From: Deltaproteobacteria bacterium
GTDB taxonomy: Bacteria; Myxococcota_A; Polyangia; Fen-1088
DNA length: 64,000 nucleotides
Assembly: GCA_033763315.1 (NCBI GenBank)
Contig: JANRKS010000017.1
Location: 1-64,000 of the forward strand
Reading direction: 5' to 3'
Below the pieces are notes generated by a model that was not told the origin of the DNA, made no database searches, and saw nothing but the letters and a program-made list of their open reading frames with translations. The translations under genes were made by a program, and so were the position numbers. Of the stretch, positions 48,051 to 56,210 are shown piece by piece (the first letter of the stretch is position 1; the number at the start of each line of letters is the position of its first letter).

Positions 48051-48710
48051 GTGCCTAAACGCAGCAAGGATGATGCGAAAGAGACCCCGCCCGTCGTTCC
48101 CACGGCGGGTGCGGAAGCATTGCTGGGTGAAGACGACTTTGACGACTTGAACGACGCTCTGTCGGAAGCGCCTGAGCCGGCCGCGGCCACGCCGCCACCC
48201 CCGCCGAAAGCGCCTGCGGTGCCGCCCGCACCTCGGCTTGGCAACCCGGAAGATCGTGTGGGGCACCTTTCCCGGGTCAACATGTTTGCGGGTCTGACGC
48301 CGCTTTACCTCAAGCGCATCGCCGCGCTTTGCGACGAGGAAGTTCACGCCCAGGGCGCCTTCCTGTTCAAAGAGGGCGAAGCCGGCGACAAGCTCTACAT
48401 CATCATCGAAGGGGCGGTTCGCATCAGCCGCCACATTTCCGGCATGGGCGAAGAAGCCTTGGCCGTGTTGCGGGCCGGGGACTATTTCGGTGAGATGGCA
48501 CTCATCGATACCTTTCCGCGATCGGCGGATGCCTGTGCCCACGAGCCGTGCCGCGTGCTGGTGATCGACAAGCAGAAGTTGGAAGACCTTTTGTTTGTTG
48601 ATCGCGATTTGGCGTACGACCTGCTTTGGAACTTCGTTCGCACCCTTTCTGGCCGTTTGCGTCAGACTAACGACAAAATGACGTTCCTCGCGGTCACGAA
48701 TAAGTTCTAG
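48051..48710 (+). CDS. Cyclic-nucleotide-binding domain protein (no HTH)
   Basis: LFKEGEAGDKLYII.EG.V, GDYFGEMAL..FPRSADA; acidic/Pro-rich N-terminus. Confidence 0.85.
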   Translation: MPKRSKDDAKETPPVVPTAGAEALLGEDDFDDLNDALSEAPEPAAATPPPPPKAPAVPPAPRLGNPEDRVGHLSRVNMFAGLTPLYLKRIAALCDEEVHAQGAFLFKEGEAGDKLYIIIEGAVRISRHISGMGEEALAVLRAGDYFGEMALIDTFPRSADACAHEPCRVLVIDKQKLEDLLFVDRDLAYDLLWNFVRTLSGRLRQTNDKMTFLAVTNKF

Positions 48711-48775
48711 GCGACCAAACTCCTCAGCTTCTCGTTTCTGGGGCGGGCGGAGGCCCTCCGGCCATCCACATCCCC

Positions 48776-49105
48776 TTGATTTGCCCGCTCCCGCGTGTTA
48801 CCTGGCTGCCGGCCATCGACACTGATTCAAAACTTCTGTGGCGACAGGCCGGCCAAACCGGCGCTGTCGGTTTGGAAATAGCGATCGCCATCGCGATCGG
48901 CTACTTCGGAGGCCGCTACCTAGACGGAAAACTGCACACCACCCCTTGGCTCACATGGATCGGATTCGGCGCGGGTATTGGCGCCGCCATCAAAGCTTTG
49001 GTGCGGGTCACCCGCCAGTACATGCGGCAACAAGCGCAAGATGACAACGCAGCCCCTTTAAACCAGAACGAAACGCATGACCCCCCAACTGATCAACCGC
49101 ATTGA
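48776..49105 (+). CDS. AtpZ/ATPase gene-1 family protein (start uncertain)
   Basis: GLEIAIAIAIGYFGGRYLD..TTPWL..GFGAGIGAA motif; first gene of the F0 operon. Confidence 0.8.
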   Translation: MICPLPRVTWLPAIDTDSKLLWRQAGQTGAVGLEIAIAIAIGYFGGRYLDGKLHTTPWLTWIGFGAGIGAAIKALVRVTRQYMRQQAQDDNAAPLNQNETHDPPTDQPH

Positions 49106-49478
49106 ACGCACCAACGTGGTGCTGGGCATCGCCATTACGGCGGTGTGCGGGATCGTGTGGAAGGTGCCCGGCATGACCGCCGCCGGCTTGGGCGCTTTGC
49201 TGGGGGGCTTGAACTTTTGGGCGTTGCATCGCCTTGGTGCTGGCGTGTTTCGGCGGGCCATGGCGGGCGAGGGTGCGGCGCAGGCTGGCTTTCTCGTGAT
49301 GCTTCTCATGGCGAAGATGGGCGTCTTGTTTGGTTGCGTTTACCTCGCCATTTTCGTGTTTGGTTTGCTTGCGGTGCCATTTTCGCTAGGCATCTCAGCG
49401 TTCGTTCTATCTATTTTGGGCGCGGCGTTGTTTGCTGCGCCGTCGCTTATGGCCGAGGAGGCCGAGTCGCATGGGTAA
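49077..49478 (+). CDS. atpI: ATP synthase protein I
   Basis: Four TM helices, GGLNF motif, position before atpB. Confidence 0.75.
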   Translation: MTPQLINRIERTNVVLGIAITAVCGIVWKVPGMTAAGLGALLGGLNFWALHRLGAGVFRRAMAGEGAAQAGFLVMLLMAKMGVLFGCVYLAIFVFGLLAVPFSLGISAFVLSILGAALFAAPSLMAEEAESHG

Positions 49479-50241
49479 CCACAGCACCTGGTTCGATTTC
49501 TTTCCAGGCTATGAAACGCTGAAGCACAACCTTCAGATTTTCATGGGCCGCGAATGGACATGGCAAATCTTTCAAGCCACCCATTTCGAGATCACCCACG
49601 TGTTGGGCGGTCTGCTGGTGGTGGTGCTGGCGTGCTTCTTTGGTCTGCGTTATTTGGCATCTGTTAAAAGCGCCACCGACGGTGGCTTGGTGCCGCCTGC
49701 GAAGTTCGGCATCCGCGCGCTCATGGAGGGCCTGGCCGATGTGGTTTACGGCTTGATGGAAAGCGCGATGGGGCCCAAAGAGGCGCCCAAGTTTCTGCCG
49801 CTCATCGGAACGCTGTTTGTCTTCATTCTGTTCTGCAACCTGCTCGCCCTCATTCCCGGCTTTTTGCCACCCACGGACACGCTGAAGACGAACTTGGCCA
49901 TCGCCGGCCTGGTGTTCGTGATGACACACATCTACGGCCTCAAGGCCCACGGCATTGCTTACTTGAAGCACTTCATGGGCCCCGTTTGGTGGCTGGCCTG
50001 GTTGATGCTGCCGATTGAAATTGTGAGCCACGTGGCCCGCCCTGTGTCGCTGTCGATGCGCCTTTTGGGCAACATCACCGCCGACCACAAAGTGGGCGCG
50101 GTCTTCTTTGGCCTGATTCCACTTTTGGTTCCCGTACCGTTCTTGGTCATGGGCGTATTCGTGTCGTTCGTGCAGGCCGTGGTTTTTTCACTGCTTTCCA
50201 CGATCTACATCTCCACGGCCGTCGCCCACGAAGAGCACTAA
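49471..50241 (+). CDS. atpB: F0 ATP synthase subunit a
   Basis: NLLALIPG..PPT, IEIVSHVARPVSLSMRLLGN (conserved Arg), QAVVFSLLSTIYI. Confidence 0.95.
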   Translation: MGNHSTWFDFFPGYETLKHNLQIFMGREWTWQIFQATHFEITHVLGGLLVVVLACFFGLRYLASVKSATDGGLVPPAKFGIRALMEGLADVVYGLMESAMGPKEAPKFLPLIGTLFVFILFCNLLALIPGFLPPTDTLKTNLAIAGLVFVMTHIYGLKAHGIAYLKHFMGPVWWLAWLMLPIEIVSHVARPVSLSMRLLGNITADHKVGAVFFGLIPLLVPVPFLVMGVFVSFVQAVVFSLLSTIYISTAVAHEEH

Positions 50242-50354
50242 GAGTCGCAAATTCGCGCCTTGCCTGTTGCCTTTTTCCCTTTCTCCCATTAAACAGCCCC
50301 CCGAAATCACAAGTTTTGTCGCATAGCTCGCAAATCCCTCAGGAGGAGTCGCCG

Positions 50355-50678
50355 ATGTCCCGCATGAATAAGCTTTTGGTCCCTGTTGCCACCTTCGTGG
50401 TCGCGCTGCTTTCCAGCACCGCTGCTTTCGCTCAAGACGGCTCGGGTGACAGCTCCCGCGGCTGGTTGGGCATCGCCGCCGCATTGGCCATCGGCCTCGC
50501 CGCTTTCGGTGGCGCTCTTGGTCAGGGCCGCGCCGCTGCGTCGGCTCTCGACGGCATTGCCCGCAACCCACAAGCGTCGGGCAAGATCTTCGTTCCGATG
50601 ATCGTTGGTTTGGCTTTGATCGAGTCGTTGGTTATCTACGGCTTGCTGATCGCCTTCAACCTCGCCGGCAAGATCTAA
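50355..50678 (+). CDS. atpE: F0 ATP synthase subunit c with an N-terminal signal-like extension
   Basis: AGGAGG RBS; GALGQG..GIARNP..GLALIESLVIY. Confidence 0.97.
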   Translation: MSRMNKLLVPVATFVVALLSSTAAFAQDGSGDSSRGWLGIAAALAIGLAAFGGALGQGRAAASALDGIARNPQASGKIFVPMIVGLALIESLVIYGLLIAFNLAGKI

Positions 50679-50702
50679 CACCGTCGCGAACGCGAAAGAA
50701 TC

Positions 50703-50735
50703 GGGCGCTTCCCATCCGGGTGGCGCCCTTTTTTT
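50703..50735 (+). terminator. Rho-independent terminator after atpE
   Basis: gggcgc..gcgccc stem followed by a T7 run. Confidence 0.8.
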
Positions 50736-52278
50736 ATCGTGCGAGCCGCACAGGGCGGCTGGCGAATACCAGCGCGCAGCCAATGAACGCCAGCAGGATC
50801 GAAGCGCCGATGCCGCTGGCCGCGGCTGACACCGACCCTCGCGTGGCGGCCAATACGTCCGCCCAGTGCGTGGCCACCAAAGCGCCGCCCACAACGCCTA
50901 TCAAGGTGAGTCCCGCGCCGCCCACGAAGAGACCTGCGTGTGCTTGCGTGCGCAGGCCGTTGTCTAAATTGGCAGGCGTCATCGCCTTTCCTGAAAGCAA
51001 GCGAATGGCTGCCCACGCCAGGGGGTGCATCACCCCCGCGGCAATGAACAGCGGCACATAGCTGCCCAGCCACTGCAGCATGCCCCCCGCGACCAACGTC
51101 ATGATGAGGCCCCCAATCGCTCCGCTCATGCTGGCGAAGCCAACCACCGAGCCCACAGCGCGCTCAGGGAACATATCGGTGGCGATCGTGAATAGGTTGG
51201 CTGACCAAGCCTGGTGGCAACACGTGGCCAAGCTGATAAACGCCAACGACAAGTACACGTTGCCTGCCTTCACCGAGAAGATCGACAGCGGCAACGCCAT
51301 CGCCACCAAACCCATCGTGAGCAAGCGTGCTTTGCCCACAGGCATGCCGCTTTTGATGAGGCGGCTTGAAAACCATCCGCCCGCGATGCTGCCGACGTCG
51401 GCCATGATGTAAGGCCACGTGATGAGCAGCGCGAATTTGTCAGCCGTCAAAGCGTGTTGGCTGCTTAGATAGGGCGGCAACCAATAAAGATAAAACCACC
51501 ACACGGGATCGGTGAACAGCTTGCCCACAAACACCGCCCAAGCTTGGCGGTAGCGAAGCAGCACCGGCCACGGGATGTGTTGCTTTGGAACCGCGGCAGG
51601 GCGGTCGAGCGCGATGTATTCGCGTTCGGCGTCGGACAGCCGGTTGTGTTCCCCTGGCGCGCGGTAAAATGCGAGCCACAGCCCCAACCACAGCAAGCCG
51701 CACGCGCCGATCAGCAAAAACGCGGCCCGCCATCCAGCAAAGGCGGCCAACAGCGCCACGGGACCGATCATCATCGCGCCCACGTTCGTGCCCGTGTTGA
51801 AGATGCCGGTGGCAAAGGCGCGCTCCTTTTTCGGAAACCATTCGGCCACGGCTTTCACGCATGCGGGGAAGTTCGCCGCCTCGCCGATGCCCAGCACGAA
51901 GCGCGCGATCGCGAAACCTAAGGCGGTGGTGGCGAGCGAATGACCCATGGCCGCGAAGCTCCACACCACCACAGCCCAGATCATCACTGTGCGCACGCCG
52001 AAGCGATCCAGCAGGCGTCCGGCGATGGGAAACATGATGGCGTAGGCCAACTGAAAGGCGAAGTTCAACCAGCCGTAACCCGCTTCATCCCAGCCAATCT
52101 CACGCTGTAGGATCGGCTTCAGCGACGCCACCGTGATGCGGTCCACGTAGTTCACCGTCGTGGCCAGGAACAGGATCGCCACGATGTACCAGCGCAGCCC
52201 CCGAATGGTTTTGCGCGCAGAAGGGGGCCGATCGGAAGGCATGGTTTGCAACCTAGGTGAAGGGAAGGCGGTGCTCAC
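50734..52278 (-). CDS. exuT: MFS hexuronate transporter ExuT-like
   Basis: GLRWYI..LFLATTVNYVDR, GEAANFPA..KAVAEWFPKKERAFATGIFN.G, TDPVWWFYLYWLP, HQAWSAN. Confidence 0.85.
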   Translation of the reverse strand: MSTAFPSPRLQTMPSDRPPSARKTIRGLRWYIVAILFLATTVNYVDRITVASLKPILQREIGWDEAGYGWLNFAFQLAYAIMFPIAGRLLDRFGVRTVMIWAVVVWSFAAMGHSLATTALGFAIARFVLGIGEAANFPACVKAVAEWFPKKERAFATGIFNTGTNVGAMMIGPVALLAAFAGWRAAFLLIGACGLLWLGLWLAFYRAPGEHNRLSDAEREYIALDRPAAVPKQHIPWPVLLRYRQAWAVFVGKLFTDPVWWFYLYWLPPYLSSQHALTADKFALLITWPYIMADVGSIAGGWFSSRLIKSGMPVGKARLLTMGLVAMALPLSIFSVKAGNVYLSLAFISLATCCHQAWSANLFTIATDMFPERAVGSVVGFASMSGAIGGLIMTLVAGGMLQWLGSYVPLFIAAGVMHPLAWAAIRLLSGKAMTPANLDNGLRTQAHAGLFVGGAGLTLIGVVGGALVATHWADVLAATRGSVSAAASGIGASILLAFIGCALVFASRPVRLAR

Positions 52279-53297
52279 AAGCGAGCCACATCTACAGGGT
52301 GGCCAAGGCGGGCCGAAGAATACGCCGCTTCCACAAGTGCCAGCGCCGCGAAACCTTGGCTACCCTCAATCGGCGGTGGCCGTTGTGCGAGTGTGGCATC
52401 CACCACATCTTGCAATTGTGCGCGGTGGTACTCATGGCTGGCGAGAATGTTGGTTGCCACGCCCACCGAAGCAGGGGATGCCGGTGCCGGGGCCGGCACG
52501 CCTGGCACAGACCAATGAACCACCTCGGCGCCCGACAACCGCACGCTGCCGTGTTGGCCATAAATCGCCAAGGTGGCGGGAAAACCGGGCAGGATATTCG
52601 TGGAGGCCATCAACGTGGCTTTGGCGCCGCCTTGCAGTTGCGCCACCACCACGGCGAGATCCTCCGCCTCCATCGCATGCATTTGCGTGGCGCATTCGGC
52701 GTAGACCTTGGTGGCGGGGCCACACAGCCACAACAAGAGATCCACCGAATGGATCGCCTGGTTCATCAGTGCGCCCCCGTCTTCGGCCTCCGTGCCTCGC
52801 CACGGCGCCGAATCGTAATAGGCTTGCGGCCTGTGAAAGGGGCAGGACACCTCCGCGAACAGAAGGCGTCCAAGCGCTGGCATGGCTTGCTTGAGCGCCT
52901 GGTGCACGGGCTCATAACGCCGCTGAAAAATAACGGAGAGCGCGCGGCCCGTTTGGTGTGCGCAAGCGATCATGGCGCGTGCGTCGTCGGTGTGCAAAGC
53001 CATGGGTTTCTCGACGATCACGTTCTTGCCAGCCGCCATTGCTTCCATGGCGATGTTTGCATGTGAGCCGCTGCTGGTGGTGATGATCACTGTGTTGACG
53101 CGAGGATCAGTGAGGTGCTCCCGCCAGTTCGTTGTGGCTTCGCAGCCAAAATCGGCGGCAAAGCTTTGCGCACGTGCCACATCACGTGACGAGCCGGCGA
53201 TGAGGCGCGCCTCGGCCACCTCACCCAGCGCCGCGGCATGAACGCGCGCGATCGTGCCCGTGCCGATGATGGCAAAACCAATGGTCGCAGGCGTCAT
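52275..53297 (-). CDS. Cytoplasmic Gfo/Idh/MocA-family oxidoreductase
   Basis: FAIIGTGTIA, VIVEKPM, IFQRR, WRGT..DGGALMNQAIHSVD. Confidence 0.9.
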   Translation of the reverse strand: MTPATIGFAIIGTGTIARVHAAALGEVAEARLIAGSSRDVARAQSFAADFGCEATTNWREHLTDPRVNTVIITTSSGSHANIAMEAMAAGKNVIVEKPMALHTDDARAMIACAHQTGRALSVIFQRRYEPVHQALKQAMPALGRLLFAEVSCPFHRPQAYYDSAPWRGTEAEDGGALMNQAIHSVDLLLWLCGPATKVYAECATQMHAMEAEDLAVVVAQLQGGAKATLMASTNILPGFPATLAIYGQHGSVRLSGAEVVHWSVPGVPAPAPASPASVGVATNILASHEYHRAQLQDVVDATLAQRPPPIEGSQGFAALALVEAAYSSARLGHPVDVARL

Positions 53298-53332
53298 AAG
53301 GCGGGTCCCACGGCTGGCAATCTACGGGCAGA

Positions 53333-53346
53333 TGTAAACGATTGCA
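53333..53346. promoter_or_regulatory. LacI-family-type operator 3 (TGTAAACGATTGCA)
   Basis: Near-palindrome just upstream of a minus-strand TAGATT -10 (53319-53324) for the gfo-exuT operon. Confidence 0.65.
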
Positions 53347-53383
53347 ACAGCATGAAACGCCTATGTAAAGATGGCCGTAACGC

Positions 53384-54328
53384 TCAGATGGAAGCGGTCC
53401 GTTCGTGTGCCACCTGCCGCAGTGGCACGAAACGGGCGCCCACCGCTGCGCACTCGGCAAGTGAACGTTCCAGCGCCGCGCATTTGCGCGCCAAGCTGAC
53501 CCGCAGGTCGGGCTGTTTTGCGACCAGTTTTGGATCAACCCCGTCTTGGTCAGCGTCGCACAGATCAATGCCGTGCATTTCCAGGTTAAACACATCGCCG
53601 CCGAGCGCCGCCTTCACAAGCCTGCGACGCACAAACTCCGGCAGCGTGATCAATGCGGTGCCAATGACAGGCAAGCGCAACCAAGGGGTCACGCTCACCG
53701 GCAGCTCAAGCAGGGGCGCGTGCCCGCGCGCATAAGGATTCGCCACGCTCGGCCGGTATATCTGCGTGGGAGCGGCCAGCACCCGTGGGCTGCCGAGAAT
53801 GCTGCCCGACGTGCGACCCAACACCTTCATTGCGCCCATCACCGCGGCCTTCGCGGCGTAATAAGGAATCGACGGGAACACCGACGAATCGTAAGCGTAT
53901 CCGCGTTCAGCCAACAGCTCTATCACCGCGGCGTTCACTTCGTAGCCAGGCGCCCGAAAACCAAGCGGGCTGCTGCCCGTGGCCGTGCCAAGCGCGTCGT
54001 GCGCGCGATCCAGCTCGTTCGCGATTTGTTCACGCGGCAGTCTCACCAAATTGTAAGGGTGGGTGTGGCTGTGGCTGGCCACCTCGTGGCCTTGATTCAC
54101 CAACGCAGCCAAGATGGCGGCGCCTTCCGCGTCGGTTCGCACATCTTGGCCCACGGTGAAGAACGTGGCCTTTACACCGAACTTCGCGAACAGCTCGCCG
54201 AATCGAGGCAGGGCTTGCCGCAAGATCGCCACCCGTGCGGCGTCTGAAACGCCCACATTCAGCGCATGAATGCGGTGGTAACACTCAAGCGCGTCCAAAT
54301 CGACCGAAGCACAAACAGTGACAGGCAC
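53384..54328 (-). CDS. Polysaccharide deacetylase (CE4/NodB-like)
   Basis: SVDLD, ATFFTVG, GHEVASHSHTH, GFRAPGY, YDSS; GTG start at 54328. Confidence 0.85.
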   Translation of the reverse strand: MPVTVCASVDLDALECYHRIHALNVGVSDAARVAILRQALPRFGELFAKFGVKATFFTVGQDVRTDAEGAAILAALVNQGHEVASHSHTHPYNLVRLPREQIANELDRAHDALGTATGSSPLGFRAPGYEVNAAVIELLAERGYAYDSSVFPSIPYYAAKAAVMGAMKVLGRTSGSILGSPRVLAAPTQIYRPSVANPYARGHAPLLELPVSVTPWLRLPVIGTALITLPEFVRRRLVKAALGGDVFNLEMHGIDLCDADQDGVDPKLVAKQPDLRVSLARKCAALERSLAECAAVGARFVPLRQVAHERTASI

Positions 54329-54371
54329 GCGGGCATGGTAGCAAACGTTGGCGCGGGTTAATCTGGGGGCC

Positions 54372-56210
54372 ATGCCAAAATCCGCTGTCGCCCCGGTGGC
54401 CTATACGGTGGCGCTGTCCGCGCCGAACCGCCACGAGTTGACCGTCACTATGGATGTGCCCGCGCTGGATCAATCGGTGGCCGAGCTTGTGTTTCCCGTG
54501 TGGACGCCGGGCAGCTACATGATTCGCGACTTTTCTCGCAACGTTTTCGACATTGAGGTGACCAACGCCAAGGGCCAAGCGTTGCCCCTGCAGCGGCTTG
54601 CCAAACACCGGTGGCAAGTGGCCATGCAAGGCCAGCCCTTCCGCGTGAAGCACACCGTGTTTGCCTATGACCCGGGGGTCCGCGCGGCGTACCTTGACGT
54701 CGATCGCGCTGTGCTCAACGGCACAAGCTTGTTCTTCTTCGTGCAAGGGCATGTTGAACGTGCTTGCACTTTGCAAATTGAGGCGCCCAAAGGCTGGAAC
54801 ACATCGGTGGCTTTGCCTGGTCGTGGGGGCCGCTACCTCGCAACCTCTTACGACGAGTTGGTGGATTCACCGTGCGCCGTGGGCACCCACCAACGCATTC
54901 GCTTCAAGGAAGGTGGAGTGCCTTTTGAGGTGGCTTGGCTTGGCCCCAGCAACGCCGACATGACCAGGGTGATGGCAGGGATCAAGAAGATCGTGCGCAC
55001 CACAGGAGCCATGTTTGGTGGCTTTCCCTTCGAGCGCTACGTGTTTTTGGTGCAGACGCAGCCTCGCCGTGGTGGCGGCCTTGAACACGCCGCTTCGTGT
55101 ACGCTCAACGTCGACGCTATGGGGTTTGCCTCGGAGGCGGGCTACCAAAGCTTCTTCGAGTTGGTGGCGCACGAATTCTTCCATGCGTGGAACGTAAAGC
55201 GGATTCGTGACGTGGTGCTGGGCCCCTTCGATTACGGCCAAGAGAACTACACACGCTTGTTGTGGTTCCACGAAGGGTTCACTGATTACATGGAAACGCA
55301 GGTGATTCTGCGTGCCGGTTTGTTGTCGGTGGATAAGTTCCTTGAAGACACGGCCAAGCAGTGGCGCACCTATGTCAACAAGCCAGGTCGCAACCGAACC
55401 CCACTTTCAGAATTATCGTTTGAGGCTTGGATCAAGCAATACAAGCCCAACGAAGTTTTCACGAACCGCGCCATCAGTTACTACGAAAAGGGGCGATGGG
55501 CAGCTTTCGTACTGGATTTGATGATGCGTGAACGCACGAATGGCCGTCGCGGCATGCCCGATTTGTTTGCGTGGCTGTGGCACGAGAAAGCAAAACACGG
55601 CGTTTCGATCACCGACGCTGACATTCGCAAAGCCGCAGACGTGGCAGGGCAGGGGAATTACGCCGGCTTCTTTGACAAGTACATTGAAGGCAACGAAGAG
55701 CTGCCCTTCCTTACGCTTGTCCAAAAGGTTGGCGTGGCCGTTGAAGCGAAAGACGCTGCCAAAGCTGAATCCTCAGACACGCTGGCGCAAACGCGCAAGC
55801 TTGCTTGGATGGGCGTGACGATGCGCAACCAAGCGGCTGACGCCCCCGCGATCATCAGCAACATCGTGCCCGATTCGCCTGCAGAAGTGGCGGGACTCAG
55901 CTTCGGCGATCAAATCGTGGCGGTGCAAAACCACAAGGTCGACGCCTCCACGTTCTTCGAGCGCGTGGCCGATCACCAGCCGGGTGAGACGGTGATGGTC
56001 ACGTACTTTCGCGACGAATGGCTGCGACAGGCGCAGGTGCGTTTGGGCCGCAACCCTGATCGCACCTTCAAGCTTACGGTTGATGCGAAATCGCCCCTGA
56101 AAGTGCGCCGTGTGTTGGAGGCATGGGTGGGCGCGAAGGTGGAAGCTAAAGCCGCCCGGGCCGCAGCTCCACGTCGAAGGTCAACTGGTTCACGCCTTCG
56201 TCGTAAATGA
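54372..56210 (+). CDS. M61 family metallopeptidase with PDZ (no signal peptide)
   Basis: PVWTPGSYMIRDF, YDELVDSP, GGGLEH, AHEFFHAWNVKRI, LLWFHEGFTDY, ISYYEKG; PDZ (DSPAEVAGL..GDQIVAV). Confidence 0.92.
   Translation: MPKSAVAPVAYTVALSAPNRHELTVTMDVPALDQSVAELVFPVWTPGSYMIRDFSRNVFDIEVTNAKGQALPLQRLAKHRWQVAMQGQPFRVKHTVFAYDPGVRAAYLDVDRAVLNGTSLFFFVQGHVERACTLQIEAPKGWNTSVALPGRGGRYLATSYDELVDSPCAVGTHQRIRFKEGGVPFEVAWLGPSNADMTRVMAGIKKIVRTTGAMFGGFPFERYVFLVQTQPRRGGGLEHAASCTLNVDAMGFASEAGYQSFFELVAHEFFHAWNVKRIRDVVLGPFDYGQENYTRLLWFHEGFTDYMETQVILRAGLLSVDKFLEDTAKQWRTYVNKPGRNRTPLSELSFEAWIKQYKPNEVFTNRAISYYEKGRWAAFVLDLMMRERTNGRRGMPDLFAWLWHEKAKHGVSITDADIRKAADVAGQGNYAGFFDKYIEGNEELPFLTLVQKVGVAVEAKDAAKAESSDTLAQTRKLAWMGVTMRNQAADAPAIISNIVPDSPAEVAGLSFGDQIVAVQNHKVDASTFFERVADHQPGETVMVTYFRDEWLRQAQVRLGRNPDRTFKLTVDAKSPLKVRRVLEAWVGAKVEAKAARAAAPRRRSTGSRLRRK

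Noticed and set aside
48776-50678. F0 genes without atpF/H/A/G/D/C
   Set aside because: A split atp operon is well known in former delta-proteobacteria.
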